Below are positions 1 to 15,600 of a DNA stretch of 64,000 bases, in pieces. The notes under the pieces were generated by a model. That model worked only from the letters and a program-made list of their open reading frames with translations. It did no database searches and had not been told where the DNA came from. Origin of the DNA: Eledone cirrhosa (lineage: Eukaryota). The stretch lies in contig OZ024743.1 of the NCBI GenBank assembly GCA_964016885.1, positions 372,310,001 through 372,374,000 of the forward strand, in the 5' to 3' direction. Position 1 is the first letter of the stretch; the number at the start of each line of letters is the position of its first letter. The translations under genes and the position numbers were made by a program.

Positions 1-3000
1 AAGACCACTGTATCAACACCATAGTCACAACTACTGTAAGACCACTGTATCAACACCATAGTCATAACTACCGTGAGACCACTGTATCAACACTATAGTC
101 ACAACTACTGTAAGACCACTGTATCAACACCATAGTCATAACTAACGTAAGACCACTGTATCAACAGCATAGTCATAAGACAACTGTATCAACACCATAG
201 TCACAACTACAGTAAGGCCACTGTATCAACACCACAGTCATAACTACTCTAAGACCACTGTATCAACACCATAGTCACAACTACTGTAAGACCACAGTAT
301 CAACACCATAGTCACAACTACTGTAAGACCACTCTATGAACACCATAGTCATAACTACCGTAAGACCTCTGTATCAACACCATAGTCACAACTACTGTAA
401 GACCACTGTATCAACACCACAGCCACAACTACTGTAAGACCATTGTATCAACACCACAGTCACATCTATTGTAAGACCACTGTATCAACACCATAGTCAC
501 AACTACTGTAAGACCATTGTATCCACACCACAGCCACAACTACTGTAAGACCACTGTATCAACACCACAGTCACAACTATTGTAAGACCACTGTATCATC
601 ACCATAGTCATAACTACTGTAAGACCACTGTATCATCACCATAGTCATAACTACTGTAAGACCACTGTATCAACACCATAGCCATAACTACTGTAAGACC
701 ATTGTATCCACACCACAGCCACAACTACTGTAAGACCACTGTATCAACACCACAGTCACAACTATTGTAAGACTACTGTATCATCACCATAGTCATAACT
801 ACTGTAAGACCACTGTATCAACACCATAGTCACAACTACTGTAAGACCACTGTAACAACACCATAGTCACAACTACTGTAAGACCAATGTATCAACACCA
901 TAGTAACAACTACTGTAAGACCACTGTATCAGCACCATAGTCATAACTACTGTAAGACCACTGTATCAACACCATAGTCATAACTACTGTAAGACCACTG
1001 TATCAACAGAACAGTCACAACTACTATAAGACCACTGTATCAACACCATAGTCACACCTACTGTAAGATCACTGTATCAACACCTTAGTCACAACTACTG
1101 TAAGGCCACTGTATCCACACCATAGTAACAACTACTGTAAGATCACTGTATCAACACCATAGTCACAACTAGTGTAAGACCACTGTATCAACACCATAGT
1201 CACAACTACTGAAAGTCCTCTCTATCAACACCATAGTTACAACTACTGTAAGACCACTGTATCAACACCATAGTCACAACTACTGTAAGACCACTGTATC
1301 AACACCATAGTCATAACTACTGTAAGACCACTGTATCAACACCACAGCCACAACTAATGTAAGTCCACTGTATCAACACCATAATCACAACTACTGTAAG
1401 ACCACTGTATCAACACCATAGTCATAACTACCGTGAGACCCCTGTATCAACACTATAGTCACAACTACTGTAAGACCACTGTATCAACACCATAGTCATA
1501 ACTACCGTAAGACCACTGTATCAACAGCATAGTCATAAGACAACTGTATCAACACCATAGTCACAACTACAGTAAGACCACTGTATCAACACCATAGTCA
1601 CAACTACTGTAAGACCACAGTATCAACACCATAGTCACAACTACTGTAAGACCACTGTATGAACACCATAGTCATAACTACCGTAAGACCTCTGTATCAA
1701 CACCATAGTCATAACTACTGTAAGACCACTGTATCAACACCACAGTCATAACTACTGTAAGACCACTGTATCAACACCATAGTCATAACTATTGAAAGTC
1801 CTCTGTATCAACACCATAGTCACAACTACTGTAAGACCACTGTATCAACACCACAGCCACAACTACTGTAAGACCACTGTATCAACACCACAGTCACAAC
1901 TATTGTAAGACCACTGTATCATCACCATAGTCATAACTACTGTAAGACTACTGTATCAACACCATAGTCACAACTACTGTAAGATCACTGTATCAACAAC
2001 ACAGTCACAACTACTCTAAGACCACTGTATCAACACCATAGTCATAACTAACGTAAGACCAATGTATCAACACCATAGCCATAACTACTGTAAGACCACT
2101 GTATCAACAGAAGAGTCAACCTTACTGTAAGACCACTGTATCAACACCATAGTCACAACTACTGTAAGACCACTGTATCAACACCATAGTCATAACTACC
2201 GTGAGACCACTGTATCAACACTATAGTCACAACTACTGTAAGACCACTGTATCAACACCATAGTCATAACTAACGTAAGACCACTGTATCAACAGCATAG
2301 TCATAAGACAACTGTATCAACACCATAGTCACAACTACAGTAAGGCCACTGTATCAACACCACAGTCATAACTACTCTAAGACCACTGTATCAACACCAC
2401 AGTCATAACTACTCTAAGACCACAGTATCAACACCATAGTCACAACTACTGTAAGACCACTGTATGAACACCATAGTCATAACTACCGTAAGACCTCTGT
2501 ATCAACACCATAGTCACAACTACTGTAAGACCACTGTATCAACACCACAGCCACAACTACTGTAAGACCATTGTATCAACACCACAGTCACAACTATTGT
2601 AAGACCACTGTATCAACACCATAGTCACAACTACTGTAAGACCATTGTATCCACACCACAGCCACAACTACTGTAAGACCACTGTATCAACACCACAGTC
2701 ACAACTATTGTAAGACCACTGTATCATCACCATAGTCATAACTACTGTAAGACCACTGTATCATCACCATAGTCATAACTACTGTAAGACCACTGTATCA
2801 ACACCATAGTCACAACTACTGTAAGACCATTGTATCCACACCACAGCCACAACTACTGTAAGACCACTGTATCAACACCACAGTCACAACTATTGTAAGA
2901 CTACTGTATCATCACCATAGTCATAACTACTGTAAGACCACTGTATCAACACCATAGTCACAACTACTGTAAGACCACTGTATCAACACCATAGTCACAA

Positions 3001-4150
3001 CTACTGTAAGACCAATGTATCAATACCATAGTAACAACTACTGTAAGACCACTGTATCAACACCATAGTCATAACTACTGTAAGACCACTGTATCAACAC
3101 CATAGTCATAACTACTGTAAGACCACTGTATCAACAGAACAGTCACAACTACTGTAAGACCACTGTATCAACACCATAGTCACACCTACTGTAAGTTCAC
3201 TGTATCAACACCATAGTCACAACTACTGTAAGACCACTGTATCAACACCTTAGTCACAACTACTGTAAGGCCACTGTATCCACACCATAGTAACAACTAC
3301 TGTAAGATCACTGTATCAACACCATAGTCACAACTAGTGTAAGACCACTGTATCAACACCATAGTCACAACTACTGAAAGTCCTCTCTATCAACACCATA
3401 GTTACAACTACTGTAAGACCACTGTATCAACACCATAGTCACAACTACTGTAAGACCACTGTATCAACACCATAGTCATAACTACTGTAAGACCACTGTA
3501 TCAACACCACAGCCACAACTAATGTAAGTCCACTGTATCAACACCATAGTCACAACTACTGTAAGACCACTGTATCAACACCATAGTCATAACTACCGTG
3601 AGACCCCTGTATCAACACTATAGTCACAACTACTGTAAGACCACTGTATCAACACCATAGTCATAACTACCGTAAGACCACTGTATCAACAGCATAGTCA
3701 TAAGACAACTGTATCAACACCATAGTCACAACTACAGTAAGACCACTGTATCAACACCATAGTCACAACTACTGTAAGACCACAGTATCAACACCATAGT
3801 CACAACTACTGTAAGACCACTGTATGAACACCATAGTCATAACTACCGTAAGACCTCTGTATCAACACCATAGTCATAACTACTGTAAGACCACTGTATC
3901 AACACCACAGTCATAACTACTGTAAGACCACTGTATCAACACCATAGTCATAACTATTGAAAGTCCTCTGTATCAATACCATAGTCACAACTACTGTAAG
4001 ACCACTGTATCAACACCACAGCCACAACTACTGTAAGACCACTGTATCAACACCACAGTCACAACTATTGTAAGACCACTGTATCATCACCATAGTCATA
4101 ACTACTGTAAGACTACTGTATCAACACCATAGTCACAACTACTGTAAGAT
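1..4150. repeat. Higher-order tandem duplication, period about 2128-2165 bp (58-59 monomers)
   Basis: Rare GTGAGACC at 73 and 2201 (offset 2128 = 58x37 - 2x9). GTGAGACCCCTG at 1433 and 3598 (offset 2165, one extra monomer). Variant order is shared between the copies. Confidence 0.85.
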
Positions 4151-7100
4151 CACTGTATCAACACCATAGTCACAACTACTGTAAAAACACTGTATCAACA
4201 CCATAGTCATAACTACTGTAAGACCACTGTATCAACACCATAGTCATAACTACCGTAATACCACTGTATCAACACCATAGTCATAACTACTGCAAGACCA
4301 CTGTATCAACAGGACAGTCACAACTACTGTAAGGCCACTGTATCCACACCATAGTAACAACTACTGTAAGACCACTGTAGCAACACCATAGTCACAACTA
4401 CTGTAAGACCACTGTATCAACACCATAGTCACAACTACTGTAAGATCACTGTATCAACACCATAGTCACAACTACTGTATAACCACTGTATGAACACCAT
4501 AGTCACAACTACTGTAAGACCACTGTTTCAACACCACAGTAACAACTACTGTAAGACCACTGTATCAACACCATAGTCATAACTACTGTAAGACCACTGT
4601 ATCAACACCATAGTCATAACTACTGTAAGACCACTGTATCAACAGAACAGTCACAACTACTGTAAGACCACTGTATCAACACCATAGTCACACCTACTGT
4701 AAGATCACTGTATCAACACCATATTCACAACTACTGTAAGGCCACTGTATCCACACCATAGTAACAACTACTGTAAGACCACTGTATCAACACCATAGTC
4801 ATAACTACCGTAATAACACTGTATCAACACCATAGTCATAACTACTGCAAGACCACTGTATCAACAGAACAGTCACAACTACTGTAAGGCCACTGCATCC
4901 ACACCATAGTAACAACTACTGTAAGACCACTGTAGCAACACCATAGTCACAACTACTGTAAGACCACTGTATCAACACCATAGTCACAACTACTGTAAGA
5001 TCACTGTATCAACACCATAGTAACAACTACTGTAAGACCACTGTATCAACACCATAGTCATAACTACCGTAAAGCCACTGTATCCACACCATAGTTACAA
5101 CTACTGTAAGACCACTGTAGCAACACCACAGTCACAACTACTGTAAGACCACTGTATCAACACCACAGTCACAACTACTGTAAGACCACTGTATCAACAC
5201 CATAGTCACAACTACTGTAAGACCACTGTATCAACAACACAGTCACAACTAATCTAAGACCACTGTATCAACACCATAGTCATAACTACCGTAAGACCAA
5301 TGTATCAACACCATAGCCATAACTACTGTAAGACCACTGTATCAACAGAACAGTCAACCTTACTGTAAGAACAGTGTATCAACACCATAGTCACAACTAC
5401 TGTAAGACCACTGTATCAACACCATAGTCACAACTACTGTAAGATCACTGTATCAACACCATAGTCACAACTACTGTAAGACCACTGTATCAACACCATA
5501 GTCACAACTACTGTAAGGCCACTGTATCAACACCACAGACACAACTACTGTAAGACCACTGTATCAACACCACAGTCACAACTACTGTAAGTCCACTGTA
5601 TCAACACCATAGTCACAACTACTGTAAGACCACTGTATCAACACCATAGTCATAACTACTGTAAGACCACTGTATCAACACCACAGCCACAACTACTGTA
5701 AGTCCACTGTATCAACACCATAGTCACAACTACTGTAAGATCACTGTATCAACACCATAGTCATAACTACCGTAAGACCACTGTATCAACAGCATAGTCA
5801 TCAGACAACTGTATCAACACCATAGTCACAACTACAGTAAGACCACTGTATCAACATCACAGTCATAACTACTCTAAGCCACTGTATCAACACCATAGTC
5901 ACAACTATTGTAAGACCACTGTATCAACACCACAGTCACAACTACAGTAAGACCACTGTATCAACACCATAGTCACAACTACTGTAAGACCACAGTATCA
6001 ACACCATAGTCACAACTACTGTAAGACCACTGTATGAACACCATAGTCATAACTACCGTAAGACCTCTGTATCAACACCATAGTCATAACTACTGTAAGA
6101 CCACTGTATCAACACCATAGTCACAACTACTGTAAGACCACTGTATGAACACCATAGTCATAACTACTGAAAGTCCTCTGTATCAACACCATAGTTACAA
6201 CTACTGTAAGACCATTGTATCAACACCACAGCCACAACTACTGTAAGACCACTGTATCAACACCACATTCACAACTATTGTAAGACCACTGTATCATCAC
6301 CATAGACATAACTACTGTAAGACTACTGTATCAACACCATAGTCACAACTACTGTAATATCACTGTATCAACACCATAGTCACAACTACTGTAAAAACAC
6401 TGTATCAACACCATAGTCATAACTACTGTAAGACCACTGTATCAACACCATAGTCACAACTACTGTAAGACCACTGTATCAACACCATAGTAACAACTAC
6501 TGTAAGACCACTGTATCAACACCATAGTTATAACTACTGTAAGACCACTGTATCAACACCATAGTCATAACTACTGTAAGACCACTGTATCAACAGAACA
6601 GTCACAACTACTGTAAGACCACTGTATCAACACCATAGTCACACCTACTGAAAGATCACTGTATCAACACCATAATCACAACTACTGTAAGACCACTGTA
6701 TCAACACCATAGTCACAACTACTGTAAGGCCACTGTATCCACACCATAGTAACAACTACTGTAAGACCACTGTATCAACACCATAGTCACAACTACTGTA
6801 AGACCACTGTATCAACACCATAGTCACAAGTACTGTAAGACCACTGTATCAACACCCCACTCACAACTACTGTAAGACCACTGTATCAACACCACACTCA
6901 AAACTACTGTAAGACCACTGTATCCAGACCATAGTCACAACTACTGTAAGACCACTGTATAAACACCATAGTCACAACTACTGTAAGACCACTGTATCAA
7001 CACCACAGTCACAACTACTGTCAGACCACTGTATCAACACCATAGTCATAACTACCGTAAGACCACTGTATCAACACTATAGTCACAACTACTGTATCAA

Positions 7101-7499
7101 CACTATAGTCACAACTACTGTAAGACCACTGTATCAACACCATAGTCACAACTACTGTAAGACCACAGTATCAACACCATAGTCACAACTACTGTAACGC
7201 CACTGTATCAACACCACAGTCACAACTACTGTAAGACCACTGTATCAACACCACAGTCACAACTACTGTAAGTCCACTGTATCAACACCATAGTCACAAC
7301 TACTGTAAGACCACTGTATCAACACCATAGTCATAACTACTGTAAGACCACTGTATCAACACCACAGCCACAACTACTGTAAGTCCACTGTATCAACACC
7401 ATAGTCACAACTACTGTAAGACCACTGTATCAACACCATAGTCATAACTACCGTGAGACCACTGTAACAACACTATAGTCACAACTACTGTAAGACGAC

Positions 7500-10400
7500 T
7501 GTATCAACACCATAGTCATAACTACCGTAAGACCACTGTATCAACAGCATAGTCATCACACAACTGTATCAACACCATAGTCACAACTACAGTAAGACCA
7601 CTGTATCAACACCACAGTCATAACTACTCTAAGCCACTGTATCAACACCATAGTCACAACTATTGTAAGACCACTGTATCAACACCACAGTCACAACTAC
7701 AGTAAGACCACTGTATCAACACCATAGTCACAACTACTGTAAGACCACAGTATCAACACCATAGTCACAACTACTGTAAGACCACTGTATGAACACCATA
7801 GTCATAACTACCGTAAGACCTCTGTATCAACACCATAGTCATAACTACTGTAAGACCACTGTATCAACACCATAGTCACAACTACTGTAAGACCACTGTA
7901 TGAACACCATACTCATAACTACAGTAAGACCACTGTATCAACACCATAGTCACAACTACTGTAAGACCACAGTATCAACACCATAGTCACAACTACTGTA
8001 AGACCACTGTATGAACACCATAGTCATAACTACCGTAAGACCTCTGTATCAACACCATAGTCACAACTACTGTAAGACCACTGCATCAACACCATAGTAA
8101 CAACTACTGTAAGACCACTGTATCAACCAATAGTTATAACTACTGTAAATCACTGTATCAACACCATAGTCATAACTACTGTAAGACCACTGTATCAACA
8201 GAACAGTCACAACTACTGTAAGACCACTGTATCATCACCATAGTCACACCTACTGTAAGATCACTGTATCAACACCATAGTCACAACTACTGTAAGACCA
8301 CTGTATGAACACCATAGTCACAGCTAGTGTAAGGCCACTGTATCCACACCATAGTAACAACTACTGGAAGACCACTGTATCAACACCATAGTCACAACTA
8401 CTGTAAGACCACTGTATCAACACCATAGTCACAACTACTGTAAGACCACTGTATCAACACCCCACTCACAACTACTGTAAGACCACTGTATCAACACCAC
8501 AGTCACAACTACTGTAAGACCACTGTATCAACACCATAGTCATAACTACCGTAAGACCACTGTATCAACACTATAGTCACAACTACTGTAAGATCACTGT
8601 ATCAACACCATAGTCACAACTACTGTAAGACCACACTATCAACACCATAGTCACAACTACTGTAAGACCACTCTATGAACACCATAGTCATAACTAACGT
8701 AAGACCACTCTATCAACAGTATAGTCATAAGACCACTGTATCAACACCATAGTCACAACTACAGTAAGACCACTGTATCAACACCACAGTCATAACTACT
8801 CTAAGACCACTGTATCAACACCACAGTCACAACTATTGAAAGTCCTCTGTATCAACATCATAGTCACAACTACTGTAAGACCACTGTATCAACACCACAG
8901 CCACAACTACTGTAAGACCACTGTATCAACACCACAGTCACAACTATTGTAAGAGCACTGTATCAACACCATAGTCACAACTACTGTAAGACCACTGTAT
9001 GAACACCATAGTCATAACTACTGAAAGTCCTCTGTATCAACACCATAGTCACAACTACTGTAAGACCATTGTATCAACACCACAGCCACAACTACTGTAA
9101 GACCACTGTATCAACACCACAGTCACAACTATTGTAAGACCACTGTATCATCACCATAGTCATAACTACAGGAAGACTACTGTATCAACACCATAGTCAC
9201 AACTACTGTAAGATCACTGTAACAACACCATAGTCACAACTACTGTAAAAACACTGTATCAACAACATAGTCATAACTACTGTAAGACCACAGTATCAAC
9301 ACCATAGTCACAACTACTGTAAGACCACTGTATCAACACCATAGTCACAACTACTGTAAGACCATTGTATCAACACCACAGCCACAACTACTGTAAGACC
9401 ACTGTATCAACCCCACAGTCACAACTATTGTAAGACCACTGTATCATCACCATAGACATAACTACTGTAAGACTACTGTATCAACACCATAGTCACAACT
9501 ACTGTAAGATCACTGTATCAACACCATAGTCACAACTACTGTAAAAACACTGTATCAACACCATAGTCATAACTACTGTAAGACCACTGCATCAACACCA
9601 TAGTAACAACTACTGTAAGACCACTGTATCAACACCATAGTTATAACTACTGTAAGACCACTGTATCAACACCATAGTCATAACTACTGTAAGACCACTG
9701 TATCAACAGAACAGTCACAACTACTGTAAGACCACTGTATCAACACCATAGCAACACCTACTGTAAGATCACTGTATCAACACCATAGTCACAACTACTG
9801 TAAGACCACTGTATCAACACCATAGTCACAACTACTGTAAGGCCACTGTATCCACACCATAGTAACAACTACTGTAAGACCACTGTATCAACACCATAGT
9901 CACAACTACTGTAAGACCACTGTATCAACACCATAGTCACAACTACTGTAAGACCACTTTATCAACACCCCACTCACAACTACTGTAAGACCACTGTATC
10001 AACACCACACTCAAAACTACTGTAAGACCACTGTATCCAGACCATAGTCACAACTACTGTAAGACCACTGTATAAACACCATAGTCACAACTACTGTAAG
10101 ACCACTGTATCAACACCACAGTCACAACTACTGTAAGACCACTGTATCAACACCATAGTCATAACTACCGTAAGACCACTGTATCAACAGCATAGTCATC
10201 AGACAACTGTATCAACACCATAGTCACAACTACAGTAAGACCACTGTATCAACACCACAGTCATAACTACTCTAAGCCACTGTATCAACACCATAGTCAC
10301 AACTATTGTAAGACCACTGTATCAACACCACAGTCACAACTACAGTAAGACCACTGTATCAACACCATAGTCACAACTACTGTAAGACCACAGTATCAAC

Positions 10401-12680
10401 ACCATAGTCACAACTACTGTAAGACCACTGTATGAACACCATAGTCATAACTACCGTAAGACCTCTGTATCAACACCATAGTCATAACTACTGTAAGACC
10501 ACTGTATCAACACCATAGTCACAACTACTGTAAGACCACTGTATGAACACCATACTCATAACTACAGTAAGACCACTGTATCAACACCATAGTCACAACT
10601 ACTGTAAGACCACAGTATCAACACCATAGTCACAACTACTGTAAGACCACTGTATGAACACCATAGTCATAACTACCGTAAGACCTCTGTATCAACACCA
10701 TAGTCACAACTACTGTAAGACCACTGCATCAACACCATAGTAACAACTACTGTAAGACCACTGTATCAACCAATAGTTATAACTACTGTAAATCACTGTA
10801 TCAACACCATAGTCATAACTACTGTAAGACCACTGTATCAACAGAACAGTCACAACTACTGTAAGACCACTGTATCAACACCATAGTCACACCTACTGTA
10901 AGATCACTGTATCAACACCATAGTCACAACTACTGTAAGACCACTGTATCAACACCATAGTCACAGCTAGTGTAAGGCCACTGTATCCACACCATAGTAA
11001 CAACTACTGGAAGACCACTGTATCAACACCATAGTCACAACTACTGTAAGACCACTGTATCAACACCATAGTCACAACTACTGTAAGACCACTGTATCAA
11101 CACCCCACTCACAACTACTGTAAGACCACTGTATCAACACCACACTCAAAACTACTGTAAGACCACTGTATCCAGACCATAGTCACAACTACTCTAAGAC
11201 CACTGTATAAACACCATAGTCACAACTACTGTAAGACCACTGTATCAACACCACAGTCACAACTACTGTAAGACCACTGTATCAACACCATAGTCATAAC
11301 TACCGTAAGACCACTGTATCAACACTATAGTCACAACTACTGTAAGATCACTTTATCAACACCATAGTCACAACTACTGTAAGACCACACTATCAACACC
11401 ATAGTCACAACTACTGTAAGACCACTCTATGAACACCATAGTCATAACTAACGTAAGACCACTCTATCAACAGTATAGTCATAAGACCACTGTATCAACA
11501 CCATAGTCACAACTACAGTAAGACCACTGTATCAACACCACAGTCATAACTACTCTAAGACCACTGTATCAACACCACAGTCACAACTATTGAAAGTCCT
11601 CTGTATCAACATCATAGTCACAACTACTGTAAGACCACTGTATCAACACCACAGCCACAACTACTGTAAGACCACTGTATCAACACCACAGTCACAACTA
11701 CTGTAAGATCACTGTAACAACACCATAGTCACAACTACTGTAAAAACACTGTATCAACAACATAGTCATAACTACTGTAAGACCACAGTATCAACACCAT
11801 AGTCACAACTACTGTAAGACCACTGTATCAACACCATAGTCACAACTACTGTAAGACCATTGTATCAACACCACAGCCACAACTACTGTAAGACCACTGT
11901 ATCAACCCCACAGTCACAACTATTGTAAGACCACTGTATCATCACCATAGACATAACTACTGTAAGACTACTGTATCAACACCATAGTCACAACTACTGT
12001 AAGATCACTGTATCAACACCATAGTCACAACTACTGTAAAAACACTGTATCAACACCATAGTCATAACTACTGTAAGACCACTGCATCAACACCATAGTA
12101 ACAACTACTGTAAGACCACTGTATCAACACCATAGTTATAACTACTGTAAGACCACTGTATCAACACCATAGTCATAACTACTGTAAGACCACTGTATCA
12201 ACAGAACAGTCACAACTACTGTAAGACCACTGTATCAACACCATAGCAACACCTACTGTAAGATCACTGTATCAACACCATAGTCACAACTACTGTAAGA
12301 CCACTGTATCAACACCATAGTCACAACTACTGTAAGGCCACTGTATCCACACCATAGTAACAACTACTGTAAGACCACTGTATCAACACCATAGTCACAA
12401 CTACTGTAAGACCACTGTATCAACACCATAGTCACAACTACTGTAAGACCACTGTATCAACACCCCACTCACAACTACTGTAAGACCACTGTATCAACAC
12501 CACACTCAAAACTACTGTAAGACCACTGTATCCAGACCATAGTCACAACTACTGTAAGACCACTGTATAAACACCATAGTCACAACTACTGTAAGACCAC
12601 TGTATCAACACCACAGTCACAACTACTGTAAGACCACTGTATCAACACCATAGTCATAACTACCGTAAGACCACTGTATC
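7500..12680. repeat. Higher-order duplication, about 2.5-2.75 kb offset with whole-monomer indels
   Basis: CCAATAGTTATA at 8127/10770 (offset 2643). CAGTATAGTC at 8717/11471 (2754 = +3 monomers). TGTAAC at 9218/11713 and TCCAGA at 10036/12531 (2495 = -7 monomers). Confidence 0.8.
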
Positions 12681-15600
12681 AACACTATAGTCACAACTAC
12701 TGTAAGACCACTGTATCAACACCATAGTCACAACTACTGTAAGACCACAGTATCAACACCATAGTCACAACTACTGTAAGACCACTCTATGAACACCATA
12801 GTCATAACTAACGTAAGACCACTCTATCAACAGCATAGTCATAAGTCCACTGTATCAACACCATAGTCACAACTACAGTAAGACCACTGTATCAACACCA
12901 CAGTCATAACTACTCTAAGACCACTGTATCAACACCACAGTCACAACTATTGAAAGTCCTCTGTATCAACATCATAGTCACAACTACTGTAAGACCACTG
13001 TATCAACACCAGAGCCACAACTACTGTAAGACCACTGTATCAACACCACAGTCACAACTATTGTAAGAGCACTGTATCAACACCATAGTCACAACTACTG
13101 TAAGACCACTGTATGAACACCATAGTCATAACTACTGAAAGTCCTCTGTATCAACACCATAGTCACAACTACTGTAAGACCATTGTATCAACACCACAGC
13201 CACAACTACTGTAAGACTACTGTATCAACACCACAGTCACAACTATTGTAAGACCACTGTATCATCACCATAGTCATAACTACTGGAAGACTACTGTATC
13301 AACACCATAGTCACAACTACTGTAAGATCACTGTAACAACACCATAGTCACAACTACTGTAAAAACAGTGTATCAACAACATAGTCATAACTACTGTAAG
13401 ACCACAGTATCAACACCATAGTCACAACTACTCTAAGACCACTGTATCAACACCATAGTCACAACTACTGTAAGACCATTGTATCAACACCACAGCCACA
13501 ACTACTGTAAGACCACTGTATCAACCCCACAGTCACAACTATTGTAAGACCACTGTATCATCACCATAGACATAACTACTGTAAGACTACTGTATCAACA
13601 CCATAGTCACAACTACTGTAAGATCACTGTATCAACACCATAGTCACAACTACTGTAAAAACACTGTATCAACACCATAGTCATAACTACTGTAAGACCA
13701 CTGTATCAACACCATAGTCACAACTACTGTAAGACCACTGCATCAACACCATAGTAACAACTACTGTAAGACCACTGTATCAACACCATAGTTATAACTA
13801 CTGTAAGACCACTGTATCAACACCATAGTCATAACTACTGTAAGACCACTGTATCAACAGAACAGTCACAACTACTGTAAGACCACTGTATCAACACCAT
13901 AGCAACACCTACTGTAAGATCACTGTATCAACACCATAGTCACAACTACTGTAAGACCACTGTATCAACACCATAGTCACAACTACTCTAAGGCCACTGT
14001 ATCCACACCATAGTAACAACTACTGTAAGACCACTGTATCAACACCATAGTCACAACTACTGTAAGACCACTGTATCAACACCATAGTCACAACTACTGT
14101 AAGACCACTGTATCAACACCCCACTCACAACTACTGTAAGACCACTGTATCAACACCACACTCAAAACTACTGTAAGACCACTGTATCCAGACCATAGTC
14201 ACAACTACTGTAAGACCACTGTATAAACACCATAGTCACAACTACTGTAAGACCACTGTATCAACACCACAGTCACAACTACTGTAAGACCACTGTATCA
14301 ACACCATAGTCATAACTACCGTAAGACCACTGTATCAACACTATAGTCACAACTACTGTAAGACCACTGTATCAACACCATAGTCACAACTACTGTAAGA
14401 CCACAGTATCAACACCATAGTCACAACTACTGTAAGACCACTCTATGAACACCATAGTCATAACTAACGTAAGACCACTCTATCAACAGCATAGTCATAA
14501 GTCCACTGTATCAACACCATAGTCACAACTACAGTAAGACCACTGTATCAACACCACAGTCATAACTACTCTAAGACCACTGTATCAACACCACAGTCAC
14601 AACTATTGAAAGTCCTCTGTATCAACATCATAGTCACAACTACTGTAAGACCACTGTATCAACACCACAGCCACAACTACTGTAAGACCACTGTATCAAC
14701 ACCACAGTCACAACTATTGTAAGAGCACTGTATCAACACCATAGTCACAACTACTGTAAGACCACTGTATGAACACCATAGTCATAACTACTGAAAGTCC
14801 TCTGTATCAACACCATAGTCACAACTACTGTAAGACCATTGTATCAACACCACAGCCACAACTACTGTAAGACTACTGTATCAACACCACAGTCACAACT
14901 ATTGTAAGACCACTGTATCATCACCATAGTCATAACTACTGGAAGACTACTGTATCAACACCATAGTCACAACTACTGTAAGATCACTGTAACAACACCA
15001 TAGTCACAACTACTGTAAAAACAGTGTATCAACAACATAGTCATAACTACTGTAAGACCACAGTATCAACACCATAGTCACAACTACTGTAAGACCACCA
15101 CTGTATCAACACCATAGTCACAACTACTGTAAGACCATTGTATCAACACCACAGCCACAACTACTGTAAGACCACTGTATCAACCCCACAGTCACAACTA
15201 TTGTAAGACCACTGTATCATCACCATAGACATAACTACTGTAAGACTACTGTATCAACACCATAGTCACAACTACTGTAAGATCACTGTATCAACACCAT
15301 AGTCACAACTACTGTAAAAACACTGTATCAACACCATAGTCATAACTACTGTAAGACCACTGTATCAACACCATAGTCACAACTACTGTAAGACCACTGC
15401 ATCAACACCATAGTAACAACTACTGTAAGACCACTGTATCAACACCATAGTTATAACTACTGTAAGACCACTGTATCAACACCATAGTCATAACTACTGT
15501 AAGACCACTGTATCAACAGAACAGTCACAACTACTGTCAGACCACTGTATCAACACCATAGCAACACCTACTGTAAGATCACTGTATCAACACCATAGTC

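Noticed and set aside
234-280. V(D)J RSS-like motif (CACAGTC + 23 bp + TCAACACCA in CCACAG monomers)
   Set aside because: The heptamer matches 6/7 and the nonamer only about 5/9. This is expected by chance in CA-rich sequence, and there are no V/D/J segments.
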